A stretch of DNA of 64,000 bases from an uncultured delta proteobacterium (GCA_963816145.1 CAWFJP010000017.1:160001-224000); one strand, 5' to 3'; shown: positions 51,536 through 61,768, numbered from the stretch's first letter. Notes: generated from the sequence alone by a model not told the origin. A program made the numbers and translations.

Positions 51536-52405
51536 TCAGATCAACCCGTCGTTGTAATTGCTCTTGGGCACAAAATTGAAAAAATGGCCCGATCCTTCGA
51601 TGATGCGCTGGGTGTGCGGCGTACCGGCAGAGATATTCACGCCTACCGGGCTTTCCACGACAACTTTCTCGTCACGGATCTGAAACTCGATTTTGAGCCC
51701 GGTTAGCTCCGGACCGGTGCCGATGGCGATATGCTGGGTGTCGCAGTTATGCGTGTGCATGTCGACGTAGTTCGCCTGCGACGGCTGGACATTCTGGACG
51801 CTGCGCACGACGGTGTAGAATCCCGCTTCCGGCTTCAGTCTGCCGTCGACGAATACGTAACGAATGCCGGGCGCGGCGTCAGTATGATACTTGATTTCCG
51901 TCGTCGGCCGCACTTCCGGATGGAAAATGTAGCCCGCGTATTTGGCAAAATCGCGCTCGCCTTTCGCTAGATCGAATGGCTTATCTTCATGGGTGTAACC
52001 GCGGTTGCGAAACAGCACGGTCACGGTGCCCGCGCCTTTAGTGACCTTGTACTCATGCACCGCGCCGGTGGGAATATACACGCATGCCGGCGCGATAATC
52101 TTATGAACCTTGCCTTCGAAAATGATCTGGCCTTCCAGGCCGGTAAGGTCGGGATTGTTGCCAATGAAGTAATAGAATTCATCGGTGTTATGGCAATGCG
52201 GCACCTGATAGTCGGGAACTTGCTCAGGCAGATTACTTGCTTCGTGAATCGCAACATAGATATCCGCCTCGGGATGGGAATCGCGATTGATAAAAACATG
52301 GCGCTTCACCGGCAACGCGGCAAGCTGGCGCAGCGGCCTTTTCTCTTCATGCTTGCCGCCGAGCATTCCGGGGCGCGCTTTTACTATGTAGTCGCTGATA
52401 GCCAT
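51536..52405 (-). CDS. Tandem cupin-domain protein
   Basis: Two repeats: PHCH..DE...G..P.LTGL...SP/AP..V.IP.G..H and MHTH..D....G..P.LTGL... Confidence 0.75.
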   Translation of the reverse strand: MAISDYIVKARPGMLGGKHEEKRPLRQLAALPVKRHVFINRDSHPEADIYVAIHEASNLPEQVPDYQVPHCHNTDEFYYFIGNNPDLTGLEGQIIFEGKVHKIIAPACVYIPTGAVHEYKVTKGAGTVTVLFRNRGYTHEDKPFDLAKGERDFAKYAGYIFHPEVRPTTEIKYHTDAAPGIRYVFVDGRLKPEAGFYTVVRSVQNVQPSQANYVDMHTHNCDTQHIAIGTGPELTGLKIEFQIRDEKVVVESPVGVNISAGTPHTQRIIEGSGHFFNFVPKSNYNDGLI

Positions 52406-52417
52406 TTTCTCTCCTTA

Positions 52418-52445
52418 CTATTGCCTGTCGCCTAATGCCTATTGC
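52418..52445. repeat. Heptamer tandem repeat
   Basis: CTATTGC CTGTCGC CTAATGC CTATTGC in the tctC-cupin spacer. Confidence 0.6.
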
Positions 52446-52449
52446 CTTC

Positions 52450-53481
52450 TTATGACTCGCCCATGACTTTTTTCATCCTCTCAATAATATCCGCCGGCTG
52501 CTGAATCACTTCTTTGGCCAGCGCTTCGAGCTTCTCGCCGCTTATCGGATTGATTTCCCACTGCCGCTTCTTGGCTTCGGCGAGGAATTCCGGATCTTTC
52601 AGCATGTTCACATAGGCATCGCGGAGCAGCTTCACGCGATCCGGCGGAATTCCCGGCGTTGCCAAGATCGGCCGGCCGAACGCGCCGGGGCCCAGGACGA
52701 CTCGCGCCAAGCGTTTTTTGGCATCCATACCTTTTTCCTGGTCCATTAATTCCCAAATCGTCGGTGTATCGGGCAAGCGGTAGTTGCGCTTGTCGCCAGT
52801 TTGGACAAGGAATCTGACGAAGCCATTTTTCGCCCAAGTCTTGCCCGGCTCGCGACCGAAAAACGCGCTGATAGTCGTGCCGCGGCAGTGCACCTCGTTC
52901 TTTTCCACCGCGAGATCGACATCGGCGGCTCCCGGATAACCCGTAACCATCGTGAGCTTCACGGCGAAAACTTCCTCGAGCAATTTCGGAATGTAAAATC
53001 CCGTGCTGCCGACCCCCGAAGCGCCACAGCGTGGCGGGTCCGTAGCCTTGCGCAAATCCAGCAGCGTTTTGTACGGCTGATCCGAGCGCAGGAAAAACAG
53101 CTCGTCGTTTTCCTCCGGTGTGCCGATCCAGGTGAACTTCGCCCAATCGAACTGAACCTCTTTGCGTCCCAAGAGCTGGGCGAAATAAATCGGTGCCGTC
53201 ACCGCGCCGAGGGTCAAACCATCGGGTTTGGCAACGCTGTAAACATAGTTTGCCGCGGTGAGCGAGCCGCCGCCCGGCATGTTCTGGACGATGATCTCCG
53301 GTTTCCCGCTGATATGTTTTGGCAAATAATTGGCCACGACACGGGCATAGAGATCGCTCGCCGCACCGGCGGAAGCGCCGACGACGATCTTCATCTGCTT
53401 GCCTTTGAAGAAATCGCTCTGGGCTTGGGCGGCCGAAATGTGAACAATGGTGAACAACAGAAACAATAACAGGCGATCCAT
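52450..53481 (-). CDS. Bug/TctC-family substrate-binding protein
   Basis: FFKGK, NMPGGGS, KPDGLT, GYPG, FGRP. Confidence 0.88.
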   Translation of the reverse strand: MDRLLLFLLFTIVHISAAQAQSDFFKGKQMKIVVGASAGAASDLYARVVANYLPKHISGKPEIIVQNMPGGGSLTAANYVYSVAKPDGLTLGAVTAPIYFAQLLGRKEVQFDWAKFTWIGTPEENDELFFLRSDQPYKTLLDLRKATDPPRCGASGVGSTGFYIPKLLEEVFAVKLTMVTGYPGAADVDLAVEKNEVHCRGTTISAFFGREPGKTWAKNGFVRFLVQTGDKRNYRLPDTPTIWELMDQEKGMDAKKRLARVVLGPGAFGRPILATPGIPPDRVKLLRDAYVNMLKDPEFLAEAKKRQWEINPISGEKLEALAKEVIQQPADIIERMKKVMGES

Positions 53482-53486
53482 ATTAA

Positions 53487-54404
53487 CTATCTCCGCTGGC
53501 GCCTGGGCGCATACCTCGCTTCCAATTTGCTCAGTTCGGTCATTCCGGTCGCATCCCAAGGGAGCTTCGCGCCGCCGGTAAAAGGTGTGTCCGGGTGTGA
53601 CTGGACAAACTCGTCCCAGGCGTTCATGTCTTTCTTTTTGAACTCCTGAAAGAAGGACCAGGCGGAAACTTTCAACACCTGGTCGGGTAGAAACGTGTAC
53701 CAGGCGGCGGTGAGCCCGAGCGCTCGATGCTCCGCCAAGGTCAGCGCCCGCGGTAACAGGCCTTTCATCGCTGAGAACGGGCCTTTGACGACTGTGCGTG
53801 CCCGTTTGATTTCCGCAATCGAATGGGGCGACTCGAACTGTACCCAGTCTGCGCCGCCGGCAGTCTCATAGAGCCGCAAACGTTTGAGCAGCTCCGCCAG
53901 GCCGCCGTTGACCGCATTGCGCGCGTAGCACTGAGCCATAATGACAAAATCGCGATCGATTTCATTCCTGGCGTCGACCGCGACACGATAGCGGGTGACT
54001 GCATCCGCGCGCGAGACGATTGAAATGCCCGCCGAGCCGGTGCGCCGCTTCTGGTCCAGGGGCTGGTCGTCGAGGCGCAGCCCGGCGAGCCCGGCGTCGA
54101 TACACTCGCGCACCAGCCGGCGCACCGCCATGATCCCGCCATGTCCGGTGTCGCCGTCGAGGATCACCGGGATTTTCACGGCCCGGGCAATCCATTTGGC
54201 AAACTCGACGCATTCGGTCATCGACAGAATGCCGAGGTCGGGCTGGCCGGTATAGTTGCCGCCGGTTATGCTGGTACCGACGAAGCAAGCTTCGATCCCG
54301 TTGGCCTCCATGATCTTGGCATGAAACGCATTGGGCGCGCCCAAGATCGCGAGGACCTCATTTTTGCGGCGCAGCAGTTGGCGCAGTTTCGTGCTCGCTT
54401 TCAT
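53487..54404 (-). CDS. Isocitrate lyase/PEP mutase superfamily protein with an atypical catalytic loop
   Basis: PD.G.L, P.ILDGDTGHG, DDQ, GADWV.FES; the loop reads QKRRTG instead of KKCGH. Confidence 0.85.
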   Translation of the reverse strand: MKASTKLRQLLRRKNEVLAILGAPNAFHAKIMEANGIEACFVGTSITGGNYTGQPDLGILSMTECVEFAKWIARAVKIPVILDGDTGHGGIMAVRRLVRECIDAGLAGLRLDDQPLDQKRRTGSAGISIVSRADAVTRYRVAVDARNEIDRDFVIMAQCYARNAVNGGLAELLKRLRLYETAGGADWVQFESPHSIAEIKRARTVVKGPFSAMKGLLPRALTLAEHRALGLTAAWYTFLPDQVLKVSAWSFFQEFKKKDMNAWDEFVQSHPDTPFTGGAKLPWDATGMTELSKLEARYAPRRQRR

Positions 54405-55549
54405 GCCTCATACCGCCGGTAGTATTTTGCCGCGTTGTCCCAAAGCAGCTTGCGCATATGATCTTGCGGCAAATTCCAACCGAGCACGGTCTCGACGGCA
54501 ATCGGATACCAGCTCTCACCGTGGGGATAGTCGGAGCCGAACATCAAGATGTCGGGGCCCAGGAGATCGATGACGCTCCGGGTGATCGCTGCTCCTTCGG
54601 AAACCTCGATACTCTGAAAATAACGCCCGCCGGTGACGTAATCGTGAATCTTGTGCTGGAGCGGCGGCAGAGCTTCGGGACACAGCTTGGTATGCTCTTC
54701 CAAACGATTGACCCAGGACGGCAGCCAACCGTGACCTGCTTCCAGCGTGCCGACGCGAATCGTCGGGTAGCGGTCCATAATCCCGGCGCCGATGATCGAC
54801 GCCATGTTGCGTTCGCCGCACCATGGGTGCGCCGCCGACCGTTGCAGCCAGAGATTATCCCAGGAATCGAGCCCGCCGGGTGCATAGGGCGGCATGACTG
54901 TAAAAGTGTGCAGGGCAATCGACAGGTCGTAATCGGCCGCCGTCTTCCAAATGGGTTCCAAATCGGGATGATCGAGAGGAAATTGATACGGCGCGTAGAC
55001 GAATACCGCCAAAGGCCAGGATTCCTTCGCCGCGCGGTGCAATTCCGCCAGGGAAGCTTTGACATCGCGTGCGGCCACCAGAATCACGCCTTTCAAGCGG
55101 CTCGGGAACCCGGCGCAGTAGTGCGCCATCCAACGGTGGTAAGCTTCGTAAACTGCGGTTTCCAGGGCGACATCGTCAATCGTCGTCCAGCAACCGAACC
55201 AACCCGACGGCAGCATGAGATTGACATCGACGCCTTCGACATCCATGTCTTGAATGCGAATCGCCGGATCACGCTCGCAGAGAGGATTGGGTTTGCCGTG
55301 TTGATGGCGCTTGTAGCCGCTCATGTATTCGTTTGTTTGCGGCGCTGCGTCATGGGCTAAACCCAGCCGGCGCTTGTACGAGCGCTCACCCATCAAATAG
55401 GTCACCGCGCCATCTTTGTTCTTTGCCTTATACTTTTCGTACTGCGCGAGTTTCGCACGGGCGGCCGCCGTCAAATAGGGCTCCAAGAGGTCGGCGTCGG
55501 GTCTGACATGGGTATCGGCATCGAAGATCTTATAACCGTTGCGTGCCAT
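54401..55549 (-). CDS. Amidohydrolase family protein (Amidohydro_2)
   Basis: DADTH, R..DMD.EGVD, ..H, LEAG.GW, FGSDYPH.E, DNA. Confidence 0.9.
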   Translation of the reverse strand: MARNGYKIFDADTHVRPDADLLEPYLTAAARAKLAQYEKYKAKNKDGAVTYLMGERSYKRRLGLAHDAAPQTNEYMSGYKRHQHGKPNPLCERDPAIRIQDMDVEGVDVNLMLPSGWFGCWTTIDDVALETAVYEAYHRWMAHYCAGFPSRLKGVILVAARDVKASLAELHRAAKESWPLAVFVYAPYQFPLDHPDLEPIWKTAADYDLSIALHTFTVMPPYAPGGLDSWDNLWLQRSAAHPWCGERNMASIIGAGIMDRYPTIRVGTLEAGHGWLPSWVNRLEEHTKLCPEALPPLQHKIHDYVTGGRYFQSIEVSEGAAITRSVIDLLGPDILMFGSDYPHGESWYPIAVETVLGWNLPQDHMRKLLWDNAAKYYRRYEA

Positions 55550-55707
55550 CGGCGGCTCCTTGTTGGGCGTGCAATAACTAGCACAGCGGGAGCCCTCGGC
55601 GCTAGTCGCAAGGCCGGGAGGTCCGGCCTTTTCCACGAGTTTGAATTGTTGACTTCCCCCTATGAACATGATTTTTTCTGAAGTTCTGAAATCGAACGGA
55701 GGATCTG

Positions 55708-57180
55708 ATGGCGAAAATGCTCATTGCCAGCGAGTTGGTGGACTCGGAAAGTAAAGAAACCACGACAATCAAGAACCCGGCGACCGGCGAAGTCGTCGAT
55801 AACGTTCCCAAGGGAACCATTAATGACATCCGGCGCGCCATCGACGCCGCCAAGGGCGCGTTAAAAAAATGGTCCACCATGGCGCCGTCCAAGCGTGGCG
55901 CAGTGTTGCTCGCCGCGGGCCACACGATTCTCCAGCGGGAAAAAGAGCTCGCCACCATGCTCACCAAAGAGCAGGGCAAGCCGATGCGCGAGTCGATCCT
56001 GGAAATTCGCCGCTTCGTTCACACCCTTGATCATTACGGCGGCATGGCCAAAACCATGCGTACCAGCGCGGTCATGCTCGATACCGGCCGCCACGGCCTG
56101 GTTATGCGCAAACCCTTGGGCGTCTGCGGATCCATCGTCCCTTGGAATTTCCCGGTTTCTTTAATGGGCAACAAGCTCGGTCCAGCGCTGCTCGCTGGCA
56201 ACTGTGTCGTCGTCAAACCGGCCGGCACCACGCCGCTCACCGATCTCGCCACCTGCGAGATCATCGATAAGGCGATCCAAGAAGCTGGCGGGCCCAAAGG
56301 GGTTTTGAATTGCGTCACCGGCCCTGGCAGCGTGGTCGGCGAAGAATTGCTGGTGAACCCAACCGTTCGGAAGATCGGCTTCACCGGCGCTACCGACACG
56401 GGCCGCCGGGTCATGCAGTCGGCCGCCGCCGACTTCAAGCATGTTACCTTGGAATTGGGCGGCAGCGATCCGATGATCGTTTGCGACGATGCCGATATCG
56501 ATCGCGCCGTCAGTGCCGCGTCCGTCGGTCGCTTCTTTAACTGCGGCCAGGCCTGTTTGGCCGTGAAGCGGCTTTACCTGTTCGACAGCATCGCTGACGA
56601 CTTCATCGCCAAACTCGCCGAGAAGGCGAAAAAGATCAGCGTGGGCAACGGTCTAAAACCCGGCGTTTTGATGGGCCCGCTGCACACCAAAGAGCAACGC
56701 CAAGAAGTCGAGGAGCAGGTCGAAGACGCGGTCAAACGCGGTGGTAAACTGGTTTTCGGCGGCAAACGTCCCGCTGGCGACGATTTTGACAAAGGTTTTT
56801 ACTTGCAGCCGACTATCGTCGCTGACGTCGATCCGGCCTCGCGCATGATCCAAGAGGAAGTATTCGGTCCCGCGCTGCCCATCGTGCGTGTCAAAACTCT
56901 CGACCAGGCGATCGAACACGCCAACAGCTCGATCTTCGGTCTGGGCTCGTCGATCTGGACCCGCGATATCAACCGCGCCATGTACGGCGCGGAGAACATC
57001 GAAGCTGGTTACACCTGGGTCAACTCGGCGCAGATCATCTATGACGAACTGCCCTTCGGCGGCGTCAAGCAGAGCGGTCTGGGCAAAGAGCATGGCGACG
57101 AGGCGATCGAGCATTACACCGATTCGAAATCGGTCGTCATCGCCACCGACGTCGGCGGCGAGATTATCGGCGGAGAGTAG
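55708..57180 (+). CDS. NAD(P)-dependent aldehyde dehydrogenase
   Basis: PWNFP, FTGAT..G, LELGG, FFNCGQAC, EEVFGP, PFGG.K.SG.GKE. Confidence 0.95.
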   Translation: MAKMLIASELVDSESKETTTIKNPATGEVVDNVPKGTINDIRRAIDAAKGALKKWSTMAPSKRGAVLLAAGHTILQREKELATMLTKEQGKPMRESILEIRRFVHTLDHYGGMAKTMRTSAVMLDTGRHGLVMRKPLGVCGSIVPWNFPVSLMGNKLGPALLAGNCVVVKPAGTTPLTDLATCEIIDKAIQEAGGPKGVLNCVTGPGSVVGEELLVNPTVRKIGFTGATDTGRRVMQSAAADFKHVTLELGGSDPMIVCDDADIDRAVSAASVGRFFNCGQACLAVKRLYLFDSIADDFIAKLAEKAKKISVGNGLKPGVLMGPLHTKEQRQEVEEQVEDAVKRGGKLVFGGKRPAGDDFDKGFYLQPTIVADVDPASRMIQEEVFGPALPIVRVKTLDQAIEHANSSIFGLGSSIWTRDINRAMYGAENIEAGYTWVNSAQIIYDELPFGGVKQSGLGKEHGDEAIEHYTDSKSVVIATDVGGEIIGGE

Positions 57181-57231
57181 GGGCCTCGAAGACCATTACA
57201 GATTCCAAATTGGGAATCTGGAATTGTGACC

Positions 57232-58776
57232 ATGAATGTAGAGCTGCCTGACATCTACAACGCTGCCACGACCTTCGTTGATGAAAACATCAAGCAAGGC
57301 CGTGGCGGCAAAGTCGCGATCTACTACCAAGATCAAACGATCACTTACCAAGAAGTTTTCGAATACGTTAACCGCACCGGCAATGCGCTGAAGGATCTTG
57401 GCATCGAGATCGAGAATCGCGTGCTGGTGATCTTGCCGGACTCGCCCGAGTTCGCATATTCCTTCTTTGGCGCGATCAAGATTGGCGCCGTCGCCGTGCC
57501 GACCAATCCTTGGATGTTCGCCAAGGACTACGAATACTTAATCAATGACAGCCGCGCCCGCGCCATCATCGTCCATGAATCGGCTCTGCCCGAGATCGAA
57601 AAGATCTGGGATCATACGCCCTTTCTAAAGCACGTCATCGTCGTCGGCACGCCCAAGGGCAGGGCGTTGTCCTACGAGAGTTTGATCGCTAAAGCGTCGG
57701 ACAAACTCGATGCCGCGAAAACCTCGAGGGACGATGTCTGCTTTTGGGGCTACACCTCCGGCAGCACAGGCAACCCCAAGGGCGCGGTGCATTTGCAGCA
57801 TGACATGATCACGATCAGCGATCTGTTCGTCGCGCCGGTGCTGCAGATGAAAGAGGCCGACCTGTGCTTTTCAGCATCGAAAATGTTTTTTTCCTACGGC
57901 TTGGGGAATTCGCTCTATTTCCCCTTCCGTTTCGGCGCCTCCACCGTGCTCTGGCCGGAGAAGCCGGAGCCGGAAAAGATTCTCCAGGTCATCGAAAAAT
58001 ACCAGCCGACCTTCTTTTTCTCGGTGCCGACGCTGTTCGCCCGCTTCCTGCGCATCGACAAAAAATACGATCTGAGTTCGCTGCGGATCTGCTTGTCCTC
58101 TGGCGAACCGCTGCCGCCCTCGCTGTTTTACCATTGGAAGGAACGCACCGGCATGGAGTTGCTCGACGTCGTCGGCTCCACCGAGGCGACCCATGATTTC
58201 TTGGCCAATCGGCCGGGGCGGGCGAAGGCCGGCAGTAGCGGCGAAGTGACGCCGGCATTCGAAGCGAAGATTGTCGATGACGAGGGGCGTGAAGTACCGA
58301 TCGGCGAAGTCGGCAATTTGATGGTCAAAGGTGATGCCACCGCGCCGTACTACTGGAACAAGCATGAACAAACCAAGCGCATGATGCAGGGAGAATGGCT
58401 CAAGACCGGCGACACCTACTATCGCGACATAGAAGGCTACTATTGGTACTGCGGCCGCTCGGATGACATGATGAAAGTCGGCGGTCTGTGGGTTTCACCG
58501 ATCGAAATCGAAAATATTTTGATGGAACATCCGGCGGTGCTCGAAACCGCCGTGGTAAGCGACGTGGATGCCGATGGTCTACTCAAGCCCAAAGCCTATA
58601 TTCTGCTCAAGAGCGAATACCAAGCCAGCGACCCGTTGAAGGTCGAGTTGCAAAATCACGTCAAGTCCAAATTACAACCCTATAAATATCCGCGCTGGAT
58701 CGAGTTCGTCGACGACTTACCGAAGACCGTGACCGGAAAGATTCAAAGATTTCGCCTGCGCACCTACAAAACCTGA
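57232..58776 (+). CDS. Benzoate-CoA ligase family protein
   Basis: YNAA..FVD.N, YTSGSTG.PKGAVH, KMFF.YGLGNSL.FP, GSTE..H.F, GRSDDM.KV.G.WVSP, KT.TGKIQRF. Confidence 0.9.
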   Translation: MNVELPDIYNAATTFVDENIKQGRGGKVAIYYQDQTITYQEVFEYVNRTGNALKDLGIEIENRVLVILPDSPEFAYSFFGAIKIGAVAVPTNPWMFAKDYEYLINDSRARAIIVHESALPEIEKIWDHTPFLKHVIVVGTPKGRALSYESLIAKASDKLDAAKTSRDDVCFWGYTSGSTGNPKGAVHLQHDMITISDLFVAPVLQMKEADLCFSASKMFFSYGLGNSLYFPFRFGASTVLWPEKPEPEKILQVIEKYQPTFFFSVPTLFARFLRIDKKYDLSSLRICLSSGEPLPPSLFYHWKERTGMELLDVVGSTEATHDFLANRPGRAKAGSSGEVTPAFEAKIVDDEGREVPIGEVGNLMVKGDATAPYYWNKHEQTKRMMQGEWLKTGDTYYRDIEGYYWYCGRSDDMMKVGGLWVSPIEIENILMEHPAVLETAVVSDVDADGLLKPKAYILLKSEYQASDPLKVELQNHVKSKLQPYKYPRWIEFVDDLPKTVTGKIQRFRLRTYKT

Positions 58777-58833
58777 CGATCGATCTTCGATCCTCCATCA
58801 ATTAACTTCGACAATCTCTGACAAGGAGTAACC

Positions 58834-59544
58834 ATGGCCGCCAGCATCAAAGAACTTAAAGAGAATCTCGCGTACTCCTGCAATATCCTGGCGAACGAAG
58901 GTCACTGGGACAACATCCTCGGCCATGTGTCGGTTAGGGTGCCAGGGCAAAACAAGATTCTCATGAAGCCGCATAGCTTTGGCTTCGAAGAAATCCGCCC
59001 GCAGCATATCATCGTCGTCGATATCGAAACCGGCAAAAAGACCGAAGGTAAATACGAACGCCACTCCGAAGTCTTCATTCATACCGAAATCATGAAAGCA
59101 CGCAAGGATGTCAATTGCGTGGTGCACTCCCATCCGCCTTATGCGACGGCTTTCGGCGCTCTCGGCCAAAAACTCCGGCCGATCAGCCACGAAGGAAATA
59201 TCTTCTACGAAGGACTGCCCACATTCGATTATACGACAGCGCTCATCCGCACTCCGGAATTAGGTGTTGAAGTCGCGAAGAGTCTCGGCAACTGCCGCGG
59301 CTTATTGATGAAAAACCACGGCACGACCGTTGTTGGGCCGACCATTGAAGTGGCGACGCTGTACGCCGTCTTTTTGGAAAAAGCTGCGCGCATTCAACTG
59401 ATGGCGACCGCGTCCGGCGATCCCTCCTGGACCAGCGATGCCGAAGCGGCGGTCAAATACGAGCAAATCTATACGCCGCACCGATTGGATTCGATGTGGG
59501 AATATTTTGTGCGCCGCGCCAAGAAGTTCCGCAAGTCGAGCTAA
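58834..59544 (+). CDS. Class II aldolase/adducin family protein
   Basis: GHVSVR, SE..IH..I, VVHSHP, LMKNHG (Zn-binding His residues). Confidence 0.9.
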   Translation: MAASIKELKENLAYSCNILANEGHWDNILGHVSVRVPGQNKILMKPHSFGFEEIRPQHIIVVDIETGKKTEGKYERHSEVFIHTEIMKARKDVNCVVHSHPPYATAFGALGQKLRPISHEGNIFYEGLPTFDYTTALIRTPELGVEVAKSLGNCRGLLMKNHGTTVVGPTIEVATLYAVFLEKAARIQLMATASGDPSWTSDAEAAVKYEQIYTPHRLDSMWEYFVRRAKKFRKSS

Positions 59545-59617
59545 CGTTCCAAGGCGAAAATTAACCGAACCGCGCCTGCGTACTTTCAGGCGCTGCAGTT
59601 GTAACCGAGGGCTCGGC

Positions 59618-60586
59618 TCACTTGCCGCCAGCCTTCTTATCCAGCTCAGCGACAAAGCGCATATCCATCATGTCCTCGGGCTTGATTCTTTTCGCCGCCG
59701 GATCTTTGCTCGCAATTTCAGCGAGCACGGCTTCCAGACCTTTGCTGCTAACGTAAGGCGGATACTCCAAGTATTCGCGAAACTGGCTATACGTGTCATC
59801 CTGGATCTCGGGGTCACTCACTTTAAGTTGCCTTTGAATCATCCTGAGCGCGGCGGCTTTATTGGATTTGAACACCTGCACGCCCTCGGCATAGGCGCGC
59901 ACGACGCGCCGAACGATATCTTCGTTGGCCGTGATGTAGGATCGGCTGGTGCCGACGGCAACGGAGACAAACTCCGGACCTTCTTTGGCGATGTTCATCA
60001 GCTCCACGAATCCCGACCGCTTGGCTCTCGCATTCGTCGGCGGAGACATGACGCCGGCGTCGATTTGGCCGGCCGCCAGGGCTGTGTAGATATTCGGCAC
60101 TTCGAGTAACGGCAAAATCTGGTAGTCCGCCGGCTTCAATCCCGCCGAGCCAAGCGCGTAGAGCGCCGAAGTGTGTGTCGAAGAACCTACCCGCGTGATA
60201 CCAATCTTCTTGCCGCGCAAATCGGTAATCCGTTTGAACTCAGGTTTGGCCATCAGGGAAAAAACCTGGCGATTGGTCGCGCCCGCGACGAAGGCGATGT
60301 TGGCTCCCTTCAGGTTGGCCTGCGCAGCGTTAGAGCCATCCATAAAGGAAAATGCGATTTCACCGGCGAGAATCGCTTGGATTCCGCGCGAGCTTGAAGC
60401 GATGTGGATAAGTTCGACATCCAGCCCGTTTTTCTTAAACAGCCCTTCCTGCTGCGCCATAAACATGCCGCTCTGCGCCCCAGTAACTGCCGTCCAGTTG
60501 ATCCGCACCGGTATTTGCGCCCCGACCGGAGCGGACAACAACACGATCATGCCAACCACTGCCAGTCTTAATATCGTCCCCAGCAT
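59618..60586 (-). CDS. ABC-type substrate-binding protein, NMT1/SsuA-like
   Basis: Signal peptide, GLFKKNGLDVE, DLRGKKIG, DMRFV. Confidence 0.87.
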   Translation of the reverse strand: MLGTILRLAVVGMIVLLSAPVGAQIPVRINWTAVTGAQSGMFMAQQEGLFKKNGLDVELIHIASSSRGIQAILAGEIAFSFMDGSNAAQANLKGANIAFVAGATNRQVFSLMAKPEFKRITDLRGKKIGITRVGSSTHTSALYALGSAGLKPADYQILPLLEVPNIYTALAAGQIDAGVMSPPTNARAKRSGFVELMNIAKEGPEFVSVAVGTSRSYITANEDIVRRVVRAYAEGVQVFKSNKAAALRMIQRQLKVSDPEIQDDTYSQFREYLEYPPYVSSKGLEAVLAEIASKDPAAKRIKPEDMMDMRFVAELDKKAGGK

Positions 60587-60659
60587 AGCTTCTCCTTGTT
60601 CTAAAAATAACCTTATAAAGTCGTATCAGGGTAACAATTCAATCTGTTAATTCAACCAT

Positions 60660-60688
60660 TTGGCATGACCGGTAAAGCGTGCTAGATA
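60660..60688 (+). promoter_or_regulatory. Putative sigma-70 promoter producing a leaderless mRNA
   Basis: TTGGCA-N17-TAGATA with an extended TG, ending 7 nt before ATG 60696; no SD. Confidence 0.45.
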
Positions 60689-60695
60689 ACCGCCC

Positions 60696-61661
60696 ATGAG
60701 TAAAAAAGTCCATCTTACTTTGGCGGTCGGCGACTATGAAAGTATCCGTGCACTCAAAGAAGGCACGGTGGAAGCCGATGGCATCGAGCTAACCGTGATC
60801 ACCGACATGACTTCCGACATCCGCCACTGGCGAATGCTGCGCAACCGCGAGTTCGATTGCGCCGAGTTGTCGATGTCTAATTATTTGATGGCCAAATACA
60901 CCGGTCTGCCGTTCGTCGCGATTCCGGTATTTCTCCATCGCCGTTTTCGCCACGGCTTTGTGTTTTTAAACGCCAATAAAGGCATCACCAAACCCAGCGA
61001 TCTGATTGGCCGCAAAGTCGGCCTGCGTAATTTCCAAGCAACGGCGAACCTCTGGATTCGCGGCATTTTGGAACATGAGCATGGCGTGCCTCACCGGAGT
61101 TTAAACTGGCTTAAGCAAGACGAGGAGGAGGTCGACTGGACGCCGCCGCCGGATTTGAAAATCCAACGCATCCCGGCCGGAAAAAACATCGACAAGATGC
61201 TGGTCGAAGGCGAGATCGACGCCTTGATCCATCCGGAGTTAATTCAAGCGATCCTCGACAAAGACCCACGGGTTACCCGCCTGTTCCCTAACTATCGCGA
61301 AATGGAAATGGACTATTTCAAACGCACCGGGATTTTCCCGATCATGCATACAACCGCGATAAAGCAGGAGATCGTCGATAAATATCCCTGGGTGCCGATC
61401 AATTTGTACCAAGCACTCGAAGCATCGAAGAAGGCCGCCTACAAACGCATGGAGAATCCCCGCATCGTGCCGCTCGCCTGGTTCCGTTCCTTCCTGGAAG
61501 AACAGGAGGAAGTGCTCGGTCCCGATCCCTGGGTTTACGGCCTAGGTGACGTCAATCGCAAGGCGCTCGAAACCTTGATGCTTTATTCTCAAGAACAGGG
61601 TTTGATCGGGCGCAAGATGGGATTGGACGAACTGTTCATCAACACAGAGGCGCACTCGTAG
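60696..61661 (+). CDS. 4,5-dihydroxyphthalate decarboxylase-like protein (SBP fold, cytoplasmic)
   Basis: LTLA.GDY...AL..G.V, EFD.AELS.S.Y, PVF..R.FRH, TA.LW.RG.L, TGIFPIMH, DPW.YG...N. Confidence 0.85.
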   Translation: MSKKVHLTLAVGDYESIRALKEGTVEADGIELTVITDMTSDIRHWRMLRNREFDCAELSMSNYLMAKYTGLPFVAIPVFLHRRFRHGFVFLNANKGITKPSDLIGRKVGLRNFQATANLWIRGILEHEHGVPHRSLNWLKQDEEEVDWTPPPDLKIQRIPAGKNIDKMLVEGEIDALIHPELIQAILDKDPRVTRLFPNYREMEMDYFKRTGIFPIMHTTAIKQEIVDKYPWVPINLYQALEASKKAAYKRMENPRIVPLAWFRSFLEEQEEVLGPDPWVYGLGDVNRKALETLMLYSQEQGLIGRKMGLDELFINTEAHS

Positions 61662-61663
61662 TC

Positions 61664-61768
61664 ATGGAAGCGGCGATCGTCGCTGGCGCGGGCATTGGGC
61701 TGCGAAGGTTATGCCGTCGGCCTCTTTTCGCGCCATGCCGAATCGAGCGATCCTGTGGTGGCGGTAAG
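61664..61768 (+). pseudogene. Short-chain dehydrogenase N-terminal relic
   Basis: MEAAIVAGAGIGL (Rossmann start) followed, after a frame change, by EGYAVGLFSRHAES; the rest is missing. Confidence 0.5.
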
